Source: Oligoflexales bacterium (GTDB lineage Bacteria; Bdellovibrionota_B; Oligoflexia; Oligoflexales; RGVZ01). Taken from it: a stretch of 64,000 bases of DNA. Position 1 is the first letter of the stretch; each line of letters starts with the position of its first letter. This document shows, in pieces, positions 47,274-57,527 of the stretch. The translations under genes and the position numbers were made by a program. Under the pieces are notes generated by a model, which ran no database searches, had not been told where the DNA came from, and worked only from the letters and a program-made list of their open reading frames with translations. The DNA lies in NCBI GenBank assembly GCA_947445775.1, contig CANFEB010000009.1:403-64402 (forward strand), read 5' to 3'.

Positions 47274-47717
47274 TCAGGACTTTTCGGCGCCAGCCTCTGG
47301 CGCTGGCGTAGTCCGGATAGCCGAGGCCATCACGACAGGAAGCCCCTTCTTACCATTTCCTACAATCCCAAGCACGCGGACCTTCTTGCCATTTCGGGTT
47401 CCCAAATCAGGAAGGATGTTGGGGTAACGCGTCAGAACCACAAGCATCCTGGCAGAGTTATCCTCCATGATAAAGAAAGTGTGGTGCTTGCCAGTCTCGA
47501 TAACCTGACCTTCGACCAAGACTTTTTTGCCCCGAAGCTCCTCCAATCCAAGATGGATTTCCTTGAGGGTGATCGGCGCATAGGAAGAAAAGACAAAAGA
47601 CCCGAAACGGCTAAAGACAGCGCGATCCAGTGTGTTCACCAAGGACTCGTCGCCAACACAGGAGGTCAGAACACCCGCAAGCAACACCGTCAGGCCCAAT
47701 GCAGCCGCTTTAATCAT
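47274..47717 (-). CDS. Hypothetical lipoprotein
   Basis: ATG at 47717 is preceded by GGGGAGGGG. Lipobox LLAGVLTSC. 147 aa. Confidence 0.6.
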   Translation of the reverse strand: MIKAAALGLTVLLAGVLTSCVGDESLVNTLDRAVFSRFGSFVFSSYAPITLKEIHLGLEELRGKKVLVEGQVIETGKHHTFFIMEDNSARMLVVLTRYPNILPDLGTRNGKKVRVLGIVGNGKKGLPVVMASAIRTTPAPEAGAEKS

Positions 47718-47783
47718 ACCGCCCCTCCCCGCTGCAATAAATCTGAAAAACGTCCCTCTATAATCTATCAAATCCCGAGGCAT

Positions 47784-47817
47784 AAAAAAAACCTCCCCCG
47801 AACTTTTTCGGAGGAGG
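47784..47817 (-). terminator. Rho-independent terminator after rplQ
   Basis: Minus strand: 11-bp stem (one mismatch) cctcctccgaa/ttcgggggagg, 4-nt loop, T8 run. Located 30 nt after the L17 stop. Confidence 0.85.
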
Positions 47818-47847
47818 CTTACAAAATCGAACAAATATCAGCTAAAA

Positions 47848-48222
47848 TTACTTGGCAGCATCAAACTTGAAGTCCACAAACTCAATTGTGGCCAGTTCAG
47901 CGTTGTCGCCAGCGCGGTGGCCTCGGCGCATGATCCGCGTATAACCACCAGAACGATCCTTGAAACGCGGAGCCAAGTCAGCGAAGACCTTGGAGACTGC
48001 CGCGTCATCAAAGAAAAAGCTGGCTGCCTGGCGGCGGGCATGCAAATCCCCCCTTTTGCCAAGGGTAACCATCTTTTCCACAAGACTGCGAAGTTCTTTT
48101 GCTTTTGGCAGGGTCGTGTCAATGCGTTCATGAAGAACCATTGATGTCGCCATGTTGCGCAACAGTGCTTTGCGGTGAGCCGTTTTCCGGCCAAGTTTAC
48201 GATATCCAAAACCGTGGTTCAT
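47848..48222 (-). CDS. rplQ: 50S ribosomal protein L17
   Basis: [24 protein letters not shown]… is a canonical L17 N-terminus. Follows rpoA. Confidence 0.97.
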   Translation of the reverse strand: MNHGFGYRKLGRKTAHRKALLRNMATSMVLHERIDTTLPKAKELRSLVEKMVTLGKRGDLHARRQAASFFFDDAAVSKVFADLAPRFKDRSGGYTRIMRRGHRAGDNAELATIEFVDFKFDAAK

Positions 48223-48240
48223 AACACGTGCTCCGTGATC

Positions 48241-49251
48241 CTAATTGTGTTCTGGCTCTGCTGAACGCAAAGTCGACGGGTCAAAACCATCGATTTTCAT
48301 TCCCAACGAGAGGCCCATTTCAGCCAAGATATCCTTGATCTCATTCAGGGACTTACGACCAAAATTCTTGGTCTTCAGCATTTCGCCTTCAGACTTGGTC
48401 ACAAGCTCGCCAATAAACTTGATGTTAGCGTTCTCAAGGCAATTTGCCGCGCGCACGCTCAGCTCCAGCGAGTCAACTGTCTTGAACAAATTATCGTTCA
48501 AGGATGGCGTCATCGGCTTGGTATCTTCAGAGCGGCGGTGCTCTTCTTCTTCTGCTTCGTCAAAGTTCACAAATATCGTCAACTGTTCCTTGATGATCTT
48601 GGCCGAGTAGGCCAGGGCATCGTCCGGACGAACTGCGCCGTTAGTCCAGATTTCAAGGGTAAGCCGGTCATAGTCCGTCATCTGACCAACGCGCGAGTTC
48701 GAAACGTTGTAGGAAACGCGACGAACCGGAGCGAAGATCGAGTCGATGGCAATATACTCGGTCGGAAGGTCGTCCGAGCGATTGTCTTCAGCAGAGACGT
48801 AGCCCCGGCCATGACGAACGATCATTTCCATGTCAAGGGAGCCGTCAAAACCAACGGTGCCAATGATTTGTTCCGGGTTCAGAATCTCAACGTCACCATT
48901 GGTGATGATGTCCTTGGCGCGGACCACACCTTCAGAAGTGGCTTTGATGGAAATAGTCGTGTCTTTTTCGCCGAGGTAGCGAAGGTTTACCTGCTTCAAG
49001 TTGAGGATGATGTCAGTGACATCTTCCTTCACGCCTTGGACAGTCGAAAACTCGTGATCCACTCCCGCAATCTTGACCGCCACAATGGCAGCGCCATTGA
49101 GACTTGCAAGAAGGACGCGGCGCAGCGAGTTTCCAAGCGTTAGGCCATATCCACGTTCCAACGGCTTCGCGACAAACTTGCCGTAAACCTCCGTTAGAGC
49201 TTCAGCTTCAATATTCTTAGGCTTAATCAAACCTTGCCAGTTACGATGCAT
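48241..49251 (-). CDS. rpoA: DNA-directed RNA polymerase subunit alpha
   Basis: 336 aa, GYGLTLGNSLRRVLLAS motif and a C-terminal domain with LELSVRAANCL. Confidence 0.97.
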   Translation of the reverse strand: MHRNWQGLIKPKNIEAEALTEVYGKFVAKPLERGYGLTLGNSLRRVLLASLNGAAIVAVKIAGVDHEFSTVQGVKEDVTDIILNLKQVNLRYLGEKDTTISIKATSEGVVRAKDIITNGDVEILNPEQIIGTVGFDGSLDMEMIVRHGRGYVSAEDNRSDDLPTEYIAIDSIFAPVRRVSYNVSNSRVGQMTDYDRLTLEIWTNGAVRPDDALAYSAKIIKEQLTIFVNFDEAEEEEHRRSEDTKPMTPSLNDNLFKTVDSLELSVRAANCLENANIKFIGELVTKSEGEMLKTKNFGRKSLNEIKDILAEMGLSLGMKIDGFDPSTLRSAEPEHN

Positions 49252-49286
49252 GGCGTTTTTCTCCCGACACTATCAGGACAACAAAA

Positions 49287-49913
49287 TTATTTGTTGTACA
49301 ATTCAACGATGAGACGCTCTTTCACATTCATATGAATGTCTGAACGCGTTGGCTCAGCAGTCACTTTGCCGGTCAGCTTCGTATGGTCCACCTGGAACCA
49401 CGGAAGCGCCGCGCGCTTAGAAAACAAATCTGCAGCCAACGTAAAGCGAGCCTGCTTTTGGCTCACGACTGCCAGAGCAACTTCATCACCAACACTCATA
49501 CGTGCACTTGGAATGTTGCAGCGCTTGCCGTTGACGATGATGTGATTATGGCGAACGATCTGCTTGGCCTCGTTACGGCTACGGGCAAAACCCATACGGT
49601 AAACGACGTTGTCCAAACGGAGTTCCAAGTTACGGAAGAAAATTTCCGAGGTCACACCGCGCTCTTTGTCCGATTTTTCGAACAGATTGCGGAGAGGACG
49701 CTCCAAAAGACCGTAAACACGCTTAACTTTTTGCTTCTCACGCATTTGCACGCCAAATTCGGAGAGTTTCGTGCGCTTCTGGCCATGCTGACCAGGTGCG
49801 TAACCACGACGCTCAAACGAACAACGGTCAGTGAAACAACGGTCGCCCTTCAAAAAGAGCTTCTCGCCTTCACGCCGACAGAGCCTACAAACTGGACCGG
49901 TATAACGGGCCAC
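49287..49913 (-). CDS. rpsD: 30S ribosomal protein S4
   Basis: MARYTGPVCRLCRREG… with a Zn-type CxxC…C…C N-terminus and an S4 domain. Confidence 0.97.
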   Translation of the reverse strand: MARYTGPVCRLCRREGEKLFLKGDRCFTDRCSFERRGYAPGQHGQKRTKLSEFGVQMREKQKVKRVYGLLERPLRNLFEKSDKERGVTSEIFFRNLELRLDNVVYRMGFARSRNEAKQIVRHNHIIVNGKRCNIPSARMSVGDEVALAVVSQKQARFTLAADLFSKRAALPWFQVDHTKLTGKVTAEPTRSDIHMNVKERLIVELYNK

Positions 49914-49941
49914 TGGACTACCCCTTCTTCAATACGGTTGA

Positions 49942-50340
49942 TTAAACCCGACGGCGCTTTGACGGGCGGCAGCCATTGTGCGGGATCGGGGTTACATCCT
50001 TGATCATGGCCACACGCATTCCTGCTGCTGCGATTGCGCGAACTGCACTCTCACGACCCGAACCGGGACCGCTAACGAGAACAGACACTGTACGCATGCC
50101 GGAATCCATTGCCTTGCGAGCCGCTTCCTCAGCCGCCACTTGCGCTGCAAATGGTGTGCTTTTACGCGACCCTTTAAAACCCTTGCTACCCGAACTCGAC
50201 CAAGCCACCACGTCACCATTGACGTCGGTGAATGTTATGAGTGTGTTGTTGAAGCTAGCCTTTACATGCACCACGCCCACTGGGACGTTGCGCTTGACTT
50301 TCTTCTTCTTCAGACCAGTTGCTGCTGGTTTAGTTGCCAT
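49942..50340 (-). CDS. rpsK: 30S ribosomal protein S11
   Basis: [18 protein letters not shown]…[11 protein letters not shown] is canonical S11. Confidence 0.97.
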   Translation of the reverse strand: MATKPAATGLKKKKVKRNVPVGVVHVKASFNNTLITFTDVNGDVVAWSSSGSKGFKGSRKSTPFAAQVAAEEAARKAMDSGMRTVSVLVSGPGSGRESAVRAIAAAGMRVAMIKDVTPIPHNGCRPSKRRRV

Positions 50341-50360
50341 GACTCTTTGCTACCTTTCTA

Positions 50361-50738
50361 TCAAGTAGGAGCTTTTTTCTTGCCAGCGATCGTCTTGCGC
50401 GGACCTTTACGAGTCCGGGCATTCGTCTTCGTGCGCTGCCCGCGGACCGGAAGACCCTTGCGGTGGCGGATGCCACGCGTACAGTTCAGGTCCATGAGGC
50501 GCTTCACCGACAGAGCTATTTCACGACGCAAGTCACCTTCGACAACCAACTTGGCGTCAATAACTTTGCGGAGTGCATTGACTTCATTGGAATCAAGGTT
50601 GGCTGCGCGGGTAGCGGGGCTCAGCCCTGCTTCGCGCAAAACCTGAAGCGCAGTTCTGCGCCCGATTCCGTAGATGCTCGTTAGAGCGATTTCGATACGT
50701 TTTTGACCTGGAAGGTCAACGCCTGCAATACGTGCCAT
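50361..50738 (-). CDS. rpsM: 30S ribosomal protein S13
   Basis: [26 protein letters not shown]… is canonical S13. Confidence 0.97.
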   Translation of the reverse strand: MARIAGVDLPGQKRIEIALTSIYGIGRRTALQVLREAGLSPATRAANLDSNEVNALRKVIDAKLVVEGDLRREIALSVKRLMDLNCTRGIRHRKGLPVRGQRTKTNARTRKGPRKTIAGKKKAPT

Positions 50739-50744
50739 GAGTCC

Positions 50745-50858
50745 TTACCCCTGCTTCTGCTTGTGCTTGCCAACCGAACAGATCACCCGCACGACATTCT
50801 TGCGACGGACAACCTTGCACTTCTCACAAATTGGCTTCACGCTTGCTCTAACTTTCAT
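50745..50858 (-). CDS. rpmJ: 50S ribosomal protein L36 (Zn-binding C3H type)
   Basis: Translated by hand; too short for the ORF track. Sequence is [37 protein letters not shown]. Sits between infA and rpsM. Confidence 0.93.
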   Translation of the reverse strand: MKVRASVKPICEKCKVVRRKNVVRVICSVGKHKQKQG

Positions 50859-50898
50859 ATCCCACCATTCCCTTTAAAAACTGCCGCAGCTTTTGGAG

Positions 50899-51117
50899 CT
50901 ACTTCGCGCGATATGTGATCCGCCCACGCGTCAAATCGTAAGGCGATATTTCCAACTTAACCTTGTCACCCGGCAGGATCTTGATGAAGTGCATCCTCAT
51001 CTTCCCGCTAATATGGGCCAGAACCTCGTGTCCGTTTTCCAGTTGAACGCGGAACATCGCGTTCGGAAGCGGTTCCCTGACGACGCCCTCAACTTCAATT
51101 ACTTCTTCTTTTGGCAT
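50899..51117 (-). CDS. infA: Translation initiation factor IF-1
   Basis: 72 aa, …[29 protein letters not shown]… S1-like fold. Confidence 0.97.
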   Translation of the reverse strand: MPKEEVIEVEGVVREPLPNAMFRVQLENGHEVLAHISGKMRMHFIKILPGDKVKLEISPYDLTRGRITYRAK

Positions 51118-51223
51118 CCGACTCTTTCAAAAAGGCAGCTCCCCTGTGAACACAAAGGTGCCGCAACCTAACCTAAAGCAAGTTCACCTGCAAGCCTTTT
51201 AGCCATAGAACCGCAAGGGTTCT

Positions 51224-51871
51224 CTAAGCTAATCTCAGCCCATCCAGGCTTCCCTTAAGCTTACCGAACACTTCTTCCGTACGACCCATACCATCGACCC
51301 GCTGATACAGGCCTTTTTCTTTGTAAAATTCAAGAACTGGCTTAGTCAATGACTCGTATACCGATAATCGGGTCCTGACGCATTCTTCGCTATCGTCCGT
51401 CCGCTGCTGCAAAGCGCCATCACACTTGTCACATACACCAGCCACCTTGGATGGAGTCATGGTCACGTGAAACGTTGCCCCGCAACTGGCGCAGACGCGA
51501 CGACCGCTCAAACGATTGACCAGCTCATGAGGGTCGACGTCGAGGTGGATTGCTGCCACCACGGGATGCACATCTTTCAATGAATCAAGAGTCTTGGCCT
51601 GAGACACGTTCCGGGGATAGCCGTCGAGAAGGATCATCTCCTCAGCCTTCGGCCCCAACTCCTGGCGGAGAATCTCAAACAAAATATCGTCGGACACCAG
51701 CTCGCCCCGGGCCATGACTGCCTCGGCCTGGAGTCCAATAGGGGATTTCATCCTGACATGCTTTCGCAATGCATCCCCAGTAGAAACCTTCCGGAAACCC
51801 TTCAGCGCAGACAACAAGTCGGCCTGGGTGCCTTTTCCAGCGCCGGGAGCCCCCGTCAAAACAACGATCAT
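51224..51871 (-). CDS. adk: Adenylate kinase (Cys4 zinc-lid type)
   Basis: P-loop GAPGAGKGTQ and lid CASCG…CDKCDG. ATGA overlap with secY. Confidence 0.95.
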   Translation of the reverse strand: MIVVLTGAPGAGKGTQADLLSALKGFRKVSTGDALRKHVRMKSPIGLQAEAVMARGELVSDDILFEILRQELGPKAEEMILLDGYPRNVSQAKTLDSLKDVHPVVAAIHLDVDPHELVNRLSGRRVCASCGATFHVTMTPSKVAGVCDKCDGALQQRTDDSEECVRTRLSVYESLTKPVLEFYKEKGLYQRVDGMGRTEEVFGKLKGSLDGLRLA

Positions 51872-53190
51872 ACAGTGCCCCGCCGAGGGCGAATGGCACC
51901 GCGCTTCAAAAAGGAATCGTAACGCAGGCTCTGACGATGGGCCTCAATTTGGCGGAAGGTCTCAAGTGCCGTGCCCACCACGATCAGGAGACTCGTCCCA
52001 CCGAAATAAAACTGGACATTGAAGTTGCCGGTCAAAATGGTTGGGAGCACGCAAATCGCTGACAGATACAAGGCCCCAGATAGGGTCAACCGACTAACGA
52101 CTCGTTCCATAAACTCAGCCGTTTTTGCGCCCGGACGAATTCCTGGAACAAATCCACCGTTCTTCTTGAGATTTTCTGCAATCTCGTCAGGCTTGAACGT
52201 AATCGATGTATAGAAATAGGCGAAAAAGATGATCATCGCGACGTAAACAGCGTTGTAAAGCCAACCGCCGGGATTCAGATTTGCCGAAACAAACTGAGCG
52301 ATTTTGCTGTTTGGAGCAACCGCCGAAATCGTCAACGGGAACTGAAGGAGGGAACTTGCAAAAATTGGTGGAATCACGCCGGCTGCATTGATTCGAATTG
52401 GCAAGTGGGAGTTTTGTCCGCCGTAAATTCGGCCGGCAACCTGCCGCTTTGCATATTGAATCGGAACTTGCCTGACACCATTTTCAAGAAAAACAACGCC
52501 TGCGATCACACAAATAACCACGCCACACAAGAGCGCTATGCGAGCAAGATCAAGCTGAGCATGAGCAAACTGACTATAGGTGCTACCAATGACTTGGGGC
52601 AAGCCGGCAACAATACCAGCAAATATGATCAACGACATTCCATTGCCAACGCCGCGTTCGGTGATCTGCTCACCAAGCCACATGACAAATGCAGTGCCTG
52701 CAGTCAGCGATAAAGTAGTCAAAATCTTCCAGCCCATACCACCCGTCAGCACGAGGGAGCTGCCCTGAAACGGCGCTGCTTCCAACGTATTAGCGATCAT
52801 GTAGCCTTGGACGAGGGCAAGAACGATAGTGCCGTAGCGGGTATACTGGGTGATCTTCCGGCGCCCGGCTTCACCTTCTTTAGAAAGCGCCTCCAAGTGC
52901 GGAACCACCACAGTCAAAAGCTGGGCGATAATTGACGCCGAGATGTAGGGCATCACGCCAAGTGCGAAAACGGAAAAGCGCTCAAGAGCGCCACCCGAGA
53001 ACATGTTAAACATGCCGAACAGGTTTGCACCCTGAGACTTGAAGAACTGACTTAGTGCTTCCGTGTCCACACCGGGAATTGGGACATGCACCCCAATCCG
53101 GTAAATCGCAAGAAATCCCAGTGTGTACAGGATCTTCTTTTGTAGGTGGTTCAGCGTGCCTTCCGGTAGCTTCGAAATCGCCTGGGCCAC
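51868..53190 (-). CDS. secY: Preprotein translocase subunit SecY
   Basis: 440 aa, 10 TM, canonical position after rplO. Confidence 0.96.
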   Translation of the reverse strand: MAQAISKLPEGTLNHLQKKILYTLGFLAIYRIGVHVPIPGVDTEALSQFFKSQGANLFGMFNMFSGGALERFSVFALGVMPYISASIIAQLLTVVVPHLEALSKEGEAGRRKITQYTRYGTIVLALVQGYMIANTLEAAPFQGSSLVLTGGMGWKILTTLSLTAGTAFVMWLGEQITERGVGNGMSLIIFAGIVAGLPQVIGSTYSQFAHAQLDLARIALLCGVVICVIAGVVFLENGVRQVPIQYAKRQVAGRIYGGQNSHLPIRINAAGVIPPIFASSLLQFPLTISAVAPNSKIAQFVSANLNPGGWLYNAVYVAMIIFFAYFYTSITFKPDEIAENLKKNGGFVPGIRPGAKTAEFMERVVSRLTLSGALYLSAICVLPTILTGNFNVQFYFGGTSLLIVVGTALETFRQIEAHRQSLRYDSFLKRGAIRPRRGTV

Positions 53191-53670
53191 TTATTTCTCC
53201 TCGACGTTGCCGCCCAATTTTTCAACGGCCTGCTTGGCCGATGCACTTGCTTTGTTCACGAGGACAGTTAGCTTCTTTTCAAGTTTGCCGTTGCCGAGCA
53301 ACTTAACTGGCAAGCTGCCAGAGGGAATCAAACCGGCTTTGAGCAGAACTTCACGGTCAATACGCGCACCAGCTTCAAAACGATTCAGGTCAGAGACATT
53401 GATCGTGTTAAAACGGTTAGCGAACAGATTAGTGAAACCGCGCTTGGGAAGGCGCCGGTAAAGAGGCATCTGGCCCCCTTCGAAACCGGCACGAATACCG
53501 CCACCGGCACGAGCGGTTTGACCCTTGCCACCGTGCGCCGAGGTTTTACCGAGACCGCTACCAATACCACGGCCTAGGCGTTTGATCTTGATGTTGGAGC
53601 CCTTTGCGGGAGCAATATTACCAAGATTCTTGGCGACTGATGATTCAGCCTTTTTGGTTGTCATGTTCAA
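53191..53670 (-). CDS. rplO: 50S ribosomal protein L15
   Basis: KRLGRGIGSGLGKTSAHGGKGQ motif. The start is either TTG 53670 (overlapping the L30 stop) or ATG 53664. Confidence 0.95.
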   Translation of the reverse strand: MNMTTKKAESSVAKNLGNIAPAKGSNIKIKRLGRGIGSGLGKTSAHGGKGQTARAGGGIRAGFEGGQMPLYRRLPKRGFTNLFANRFNTINVSDLNRFEAGARIDREVLLKAGLIPSGSLPVKLLGNGKLEKKLTVLVNKASASAKQAVEKLGGNVEEK

Positions 53671-53849
53671 CCCTTCAACTCATACGTAATAAGGTGTTTC
53701 ACCTTGTTGATCATTCCACGAATGCAGTTGTTGTCTTTGTGTGCCTTGGTATGGCCAATACGGCGCAGACCCAGTCCCTTGACAACTTTCCTGTTGGCTT
53801 CCGACTGACCAATCAGGCTGCGAATTTGCTTAACGACGATCTCAGACAT
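53667..53849 (-). CDS. rpmD: 50S ribosomal protein L30
   Basis: 60 aa, VKQIRSLIGQSEANRKVVKGLGLRRIGH. Confidence 0.95.
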   Translation of the reverse strand: MSEIVVKQIRSLIGQSEANRKVVKGLGLRRIGHTKAHKDNNCIRGMINKVKHLITYELKG

Positions 53850-53870
53850 ATCCCAATTCCTCTTCAGGCC

Positions 53871-54473
53871 TTACTTCTTATTCTTTGCAGTTCCCGGCTT
53901 ATCAGCGGCTTCCTTCGTTGCGCGGCGAATTTCCGCCTTGCTATGACGCACCTGCTTCGTCTCTTCGACAGTCTTGCCGCGAAATGCTGCATACTGCTCG
54001 GGCAACATCAGTTGTTTCAGACCATCCATTGCCGCGCGCACCACGTTTTGATGGTTCTTCGTACCATGAACTTTGCAAATGATGTCCTGGACACCGCCAA
54101 GCTCAACAAGAATACGAACGGCACCGCCGGCGATGATGCCCTTACCTTTTTTGGCAGGGAACATGATGACGCGCGCAGAACCGAATTTTCCGATCACATC
54201 GAAGGGAATGGTGCCGTCAACAGTCGGGATTTTAGTCATGTTCTTTTTGGCCTGCTCGGAAGCCTTACGGATTGCGTCCGGAACTTCGCTGGCCTTGCCT
54301 AGTCCGAAGCCCACTTTTTCACGCCCGTCGCCGACCACCACCAATGCGCTGAAGCTGAAGCGGCGTCCGCCCTTTACAACTTTTGCAACGCGGGCAATGT
54401 GAACAACCCGGTCTTGCAGACCATCATTGTCCTTGTCTTCCATTTTTCTTGGCTCTTTGGTTTCTTTTGACAC
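53871..54473 (-). CDS. rpsE: 30S ribosomal protein S5
   Basis: [19 protein letters not shown]…[11 protein letters not shown] core with charged N- and C-terminal extensions. Confidence 0.96.
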   Translation of the reverse strand: MSKETKEPRKMEDKDNDGLQDRVVHIARVAKVVKGGRRFSFSALVVVGDGREKVGFGLGKASEVPDAIRKASEQAKKNMTKIPTVDGTIPFDVIGKFGSARVIMFPAKKGKGIIAGGAVRILVELGGVQDIICKVHGTKNHQNVVRAAMDGLKQLMLPEQYAAFRGKTVEETKQVRHSKAEIRRATKEAADKPGTAKNKK

Positions 54474-54494
54474 AGGTTCCCTCTCAAGAGTCCT

Positions 54495-54851
54495 TTAGAA
54501 ATCCAGACCAGCTTCACGGGCACCGTCTGCCAGGGCCTTGATGCGCCCATGGTAGGTGTAACCGTTCTTGTCAAAGACGACTTTGGTTATATTCATATCT
54601 TTGCACTTGGCCGCCACTTTTTTGCCGACTTCCACGCAGACATCCTTATTTGCACGTTCAGCCTTGCCCTTAGCAAAGGTCCCGACGGACACAAGAGTCT
54701 TGCCGGTGTTGTCATCGACAACCTGGACGAAGACATGACGCGCGGAGCGGAATACCGACATCCTTGGGCGTTCCGATGTGCCGGAGATTTTTTTGCGGCC
54801 GCGCAGTTTCCGGCGGGCTCGCATTGCAGATTTAACGTTGACCTTACTCAT
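54495..54851 (-). CDS. rplR: 50S ribosomal protein L18
   Basis: RPRMSVFRSARHVFVQVVDD…GYTYHGRIKALADGAREAGLDF. Confidence 0.97.
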   Translation of the reverse strand: MSKVNVKSAMRARRKLRGRKKISGTSERPRMSVFRSARHVFVQVVDDNTGKTLVSVGTFAKGKAERANKDVCVEVGKKVAAKCKDMNITKVVFDKNGYTYHGRIKALADGAREAGLDF

Positions 54852-54892
54852 AAATACTTCCTTATCGTGACCGCTGCTGGATCCGAGACTGG

Positions 54893-55435
54893 TTACTTCT
54901 TACCAGCAGCCTTACCAACCTTCGTAACAATAACTTCATCTGAATACCGAGCGCCTTTGCCATGATATGGCTCGGGAGCGCGCATGCCGCGCAGCGTTGC
55001 CGATACACGCCCGACAAGCTCCTTGTCCGGACCAGAAACAATGATTGTCGTCAGCTTCTCGACCTTCAAATCAATTCCAGCTGGCGGATCAAACTCGATG
55101 GGATGACTGTGGCCGAGGCTCAAGGTGAGACCCTTACCCTTTGCGGCAGCGCGGTAACCGACGCCAACCAGTGTCAGACTCTTTGAAAACCCCTCCGAAA
55201 CACCAATCACCATATTGCTGAGCAATGTACGGGTCAGCCCATGAAATTGGCTGATGTCGTTGCGTCCGCTCTTAGGAATAACAGTGACAACACCGGAATC
55301 CACAGTCACAGACATGGTGTCATGAAGTTTACCGTTAAGGACGCCTTTCGGGCCTTTGACGTGAACCATGGTGCCATCGACTTTAAATTCAACGCCCTTT
55401 GGCAGAGCGATTGGTTTTTTTCCGATACGAGACAT
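54893..55435 (-). CDS. rplF: 50S ribosomal protein L6
   Basis: MSRIGKKPIALPKGVEFKV… with two L6 repeats. Confidence 0.97.
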   Translation of the reverse strand: MSRIGKKPIALPKGVEFKVDGTMVHVKGPKGVLNGKLHDTMSVTVDSGVVTVIPKSGRNDISQFHGLTRTLLSNMVIGVSEGFSKSLTLVGVGYRAAAKGKGLTLSLGHSHPIEFDPPAGIDLKVEKLTTIIVSGPDKELVGRVSATLRGMRAPEPYHGKGARYSDEVIVTKVGKAAGKK

Positions 55436-55492
55436 TATTAGTGCCCTTCAAACTTTACTATGCTCCGTGGCCACATGCCCAAGAGCCTACTT

Positions 55493-55891
55493 TTAGAACA
55501 CCGAGCAAAGATGCTCGCCACCAATATGCTGCTTACGAGCCTCGCGGCAAGTCATAACGCCCCGTGACGTCGAGATGATTGCTGTTCCGAAACCATTCTT
55601 TACGAAAGGAATCTTGTCGACAGCTACGTATGAACGACAGCTAGGCCGGCTCACACGCTTAATACCAAGGATTACACCCTTACCATCTTCACGGTAATTG
55701 AGGGCAATCTTGATCACACCCTGCTTCCGGTCACGGATACACTTGTAGTTCCGCACGAAGCCTTCTTCCTTAAGAAGATGCGTGATCGCGATTTTCATTG
55801 CCGAAGCGGGGACCGACACTACTTCGTGTCCGGCCTTTTGGCCGTTGCGGATTCTAGCGAGCAAATCAGCAATTGGGTCTGTAACATTCAT
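55493..55891 (-). CDS. rpsH: 30S ribosomal protein S8
   Basis: ATG at 55891 after AGGAGA gives MNVTDPIADLLARIRNGQKAG…; the longer ORF to 56038 overlaps rpsN. Confidence 0.96.
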   Translation of the reverse strand: MNVTDPIADLLARIRNGQKAGHEVVSVPASAMKIAITHLLKEEGFVRNYKCIRDRKQGVIKIALNYREDGKGVILGIKRVSRPSCRSYVAVDKIPFVKNGFGTAIISTSRGVMTCREARKQHIGGEHLCSVF

Positions 55892-55929
55892 CTCTATTCT
55901 CCTAAGGCAGAGCCTTGTCGTACCCTGAT

Positions 55930-56115
55930 TTACCAGGAAGCCTTGAGCACACCGGGCAGCTGCCCGTTGAGCGCCATTGTCCGGAAACAGATCCGGCAAA
56001 CACCGAATTTCCGATATACAGCCTTCGGACGACCACATTTCGTGCAGCGAGTGTAGGCCCGCGTGCTGAATTTTGGTTCCCTGTTACACTTTTCGATCAT
56101 GGCTTTTTTGGCCAT
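55930..56115 (-). CDS. rpsN: 30S ribosomal protein S14, short Zn-binding type Z
   Basis: 61 aa, [22 protein letters not shown]. Confidence 0.96.
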   Translation of the reverse strand: MAKKAMIEKCNREPKFSTRAYTRCTKCGRPKAVYRKFGVCRICFRTMALNGQLPGVLKASW

Positions 56116-56153
56116 TTTGGCTGTGCTCCTTTCAGCTTTCGCTGATTTTTTCT

Positions 56154-56723
56154 TTATTTACGGAACGGAAAGTTGAACTTATCAAGAAGCGCCTTCGCTT
56201 CAACATCGGTCCTGGCGGATGTCACAATCGTGATGCCGAGACCGCGGATCTTGTCCACTTTGTCGTAATCGATTTCAGGAAAAATAATCTGTTCTTTTAC
56301 GCCAAGCGTGTAACATCCGCGGCCATCAAATGCCTTCTGCGAAAAACCGCGGAAGTCGCGAATCCGGGGAACAGCTACGTTGACGAACCGATCCAAAAAT
56401 TCGTACATCCGCTGGCGACGAAGGGTCACAGCGCAACCAATTGGCATGCCCTGACGCAATTTAAAAGTCGCAATGCTCTTTTTCGCGCGGGTCGTGATCG
56501 GCTTTTGCCCAGAAATCAGAGTCAGATCGGAAACCGCACCCTCAAGAGCCTTACGGTTTTCAACCGCATCACCTTCGCCGATGTTGATCACAATCTTCTT
56601 GATGCGGGGAACCTGCATCGGGTTTTTAAGGCCCAATTCCTTTTGAAGCTGCGCGCGGACTTCGACGTAGCGAGCCTGGAGGCGCGGCATTTCTGTTTTA
56701 ATTTTCGGTGTCTTACTAGCCAT
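56154..56723 (-). CDS. rplE: 50S ribosomal protein L5
   Basis: …[18 protein letters not shown]…[12 protein letters not shown]… is canonical L5. Confidence 0.97.
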   Translation of the reverse strand: MASKTPKIKTEMPRLQARYVEVRAQLQKELGLKNPMQVPRIKKIVINIGEGDAVENRKALEGAVSDLTLISGQKPITTRAKKSIATFKLRQGMPIGCAVTLRRQRMYEFLDRFVNVAVPRIRDFRGFSQKAFDGRGCYTLGVKEQIIFPEIDYDKVDKIRGLGITIVTSARTDVEAKALLDKFNFPFRK

Positions 56724-56806
56724 CTTTACTAATCTCTCTTCCTTCTTGATAAACCCGCTTCCTTCCCTTCCGGAAGCCTGACGGACACCACCTTGTGGGG
56801 TGATGC

Positions 56807-57178
56807 TTACAGAACTTCTGGAGCCAGCGATGCGATACGGGAGAAGCCCTTCTGCCTCACCTCGCGCGCCACCGGTCCGAAGATACGGGTACCGACTGGT
56901 TCATTGTCCTTACCCTTGATCAGCACCGCTGCGTTTTGATCGAAGCGGATGGTCGTGCCATCAGACCGCTTGATCTCCTTCGCTGTGCGAACCACGACCG
57001 CCTTGTGAACGGTCCCTTTTTCCACCTTGCTGTTCGGCAGGGCTTCCTTGATCGAGACGACAATTATGTCGCCAACGGTAGCAAAGCGCTTCCGGCTGCC
57101 GCCAAGGACTTTGAAACACTTCAGGCGCTTGGCACCCGAATTGTCTCCACTATGAAGTACTGTTTCCATCTGGATCAT
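56807..57178 (-). CDS. rplN: 50S ribosomal protein L14
   Basis: [17 protein letters not shown]…[11 protein letters not shown]… is canonical L14. Confidence 0.97.
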   Translation of the reverse strand: MIQMETVLHSGDNSGAKRLKCFKVLGGSRKRFATVGDIIVVSIKEALPNSKVEKGTVHKAVVVRTAKEIKRSDGTTIRFDQNAAVLIKGKDNEPVGTRIFGPVAREVRQKGFSRIASLAPEVL

Positions 57179-57215
57179 GAAATCACCTGTATCAAAAGCC
57201 TTAGGGGAGGGCCGC

Positions 57216-57491
57216 TTAGCGACGTGCTTCCCGGACTACTTTCACCAATTCAAACTTCTTGCGAGCGCTCAGTGGCCTGGTCTGGCGAACGAGAACTTCG
57301 TCACCCGACTTGGTCAGATTCTTTGCATCATGAAACATCAACTTGGTACGCCGGCGGATGTATTTACCAAAAGTCGGGTGCTTTACCAGGCGCTCAACAA
57401 CAGCAACGCGGGACTTTTCCATCTTGTCGCTGGTAACCGTGCACAAGATTGTGCGTTCTACGCTCTCTGGTTTTGTAATTTCTGCGCTCAC
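57216..57491 (-). CDS. rpsQ: 30S ribosomal protein S17
   Basis: …[33 protein letters not shown]… is canonical S17. Confidence 0.96.
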   Translation of the reverse strand: MSAEITKPESVERTILCTVTSDKMEKSRVAVVERLVKHPTFGKYIRRRTKLMFHDAKNLTKSGDEVLVRQTRPLSARKKFELVKVVREARR

Positions 57492-57527
57492 AGTTCGCTC
57501 ACTCTAATAAAAACGTTGCAATTTCGA

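Noticed and set aside
51118-51223. Hairpin (agaacc-gcaag-ggttct) and TTGCAG-N17-TAGGTT in the adk-infA spacer
   Set aside because: The stem is only 6 bp with no U-tract, and the -10 match is weak. It may be an internal promoter or attenuator of the operon, but the evidence is too thin to annotate.
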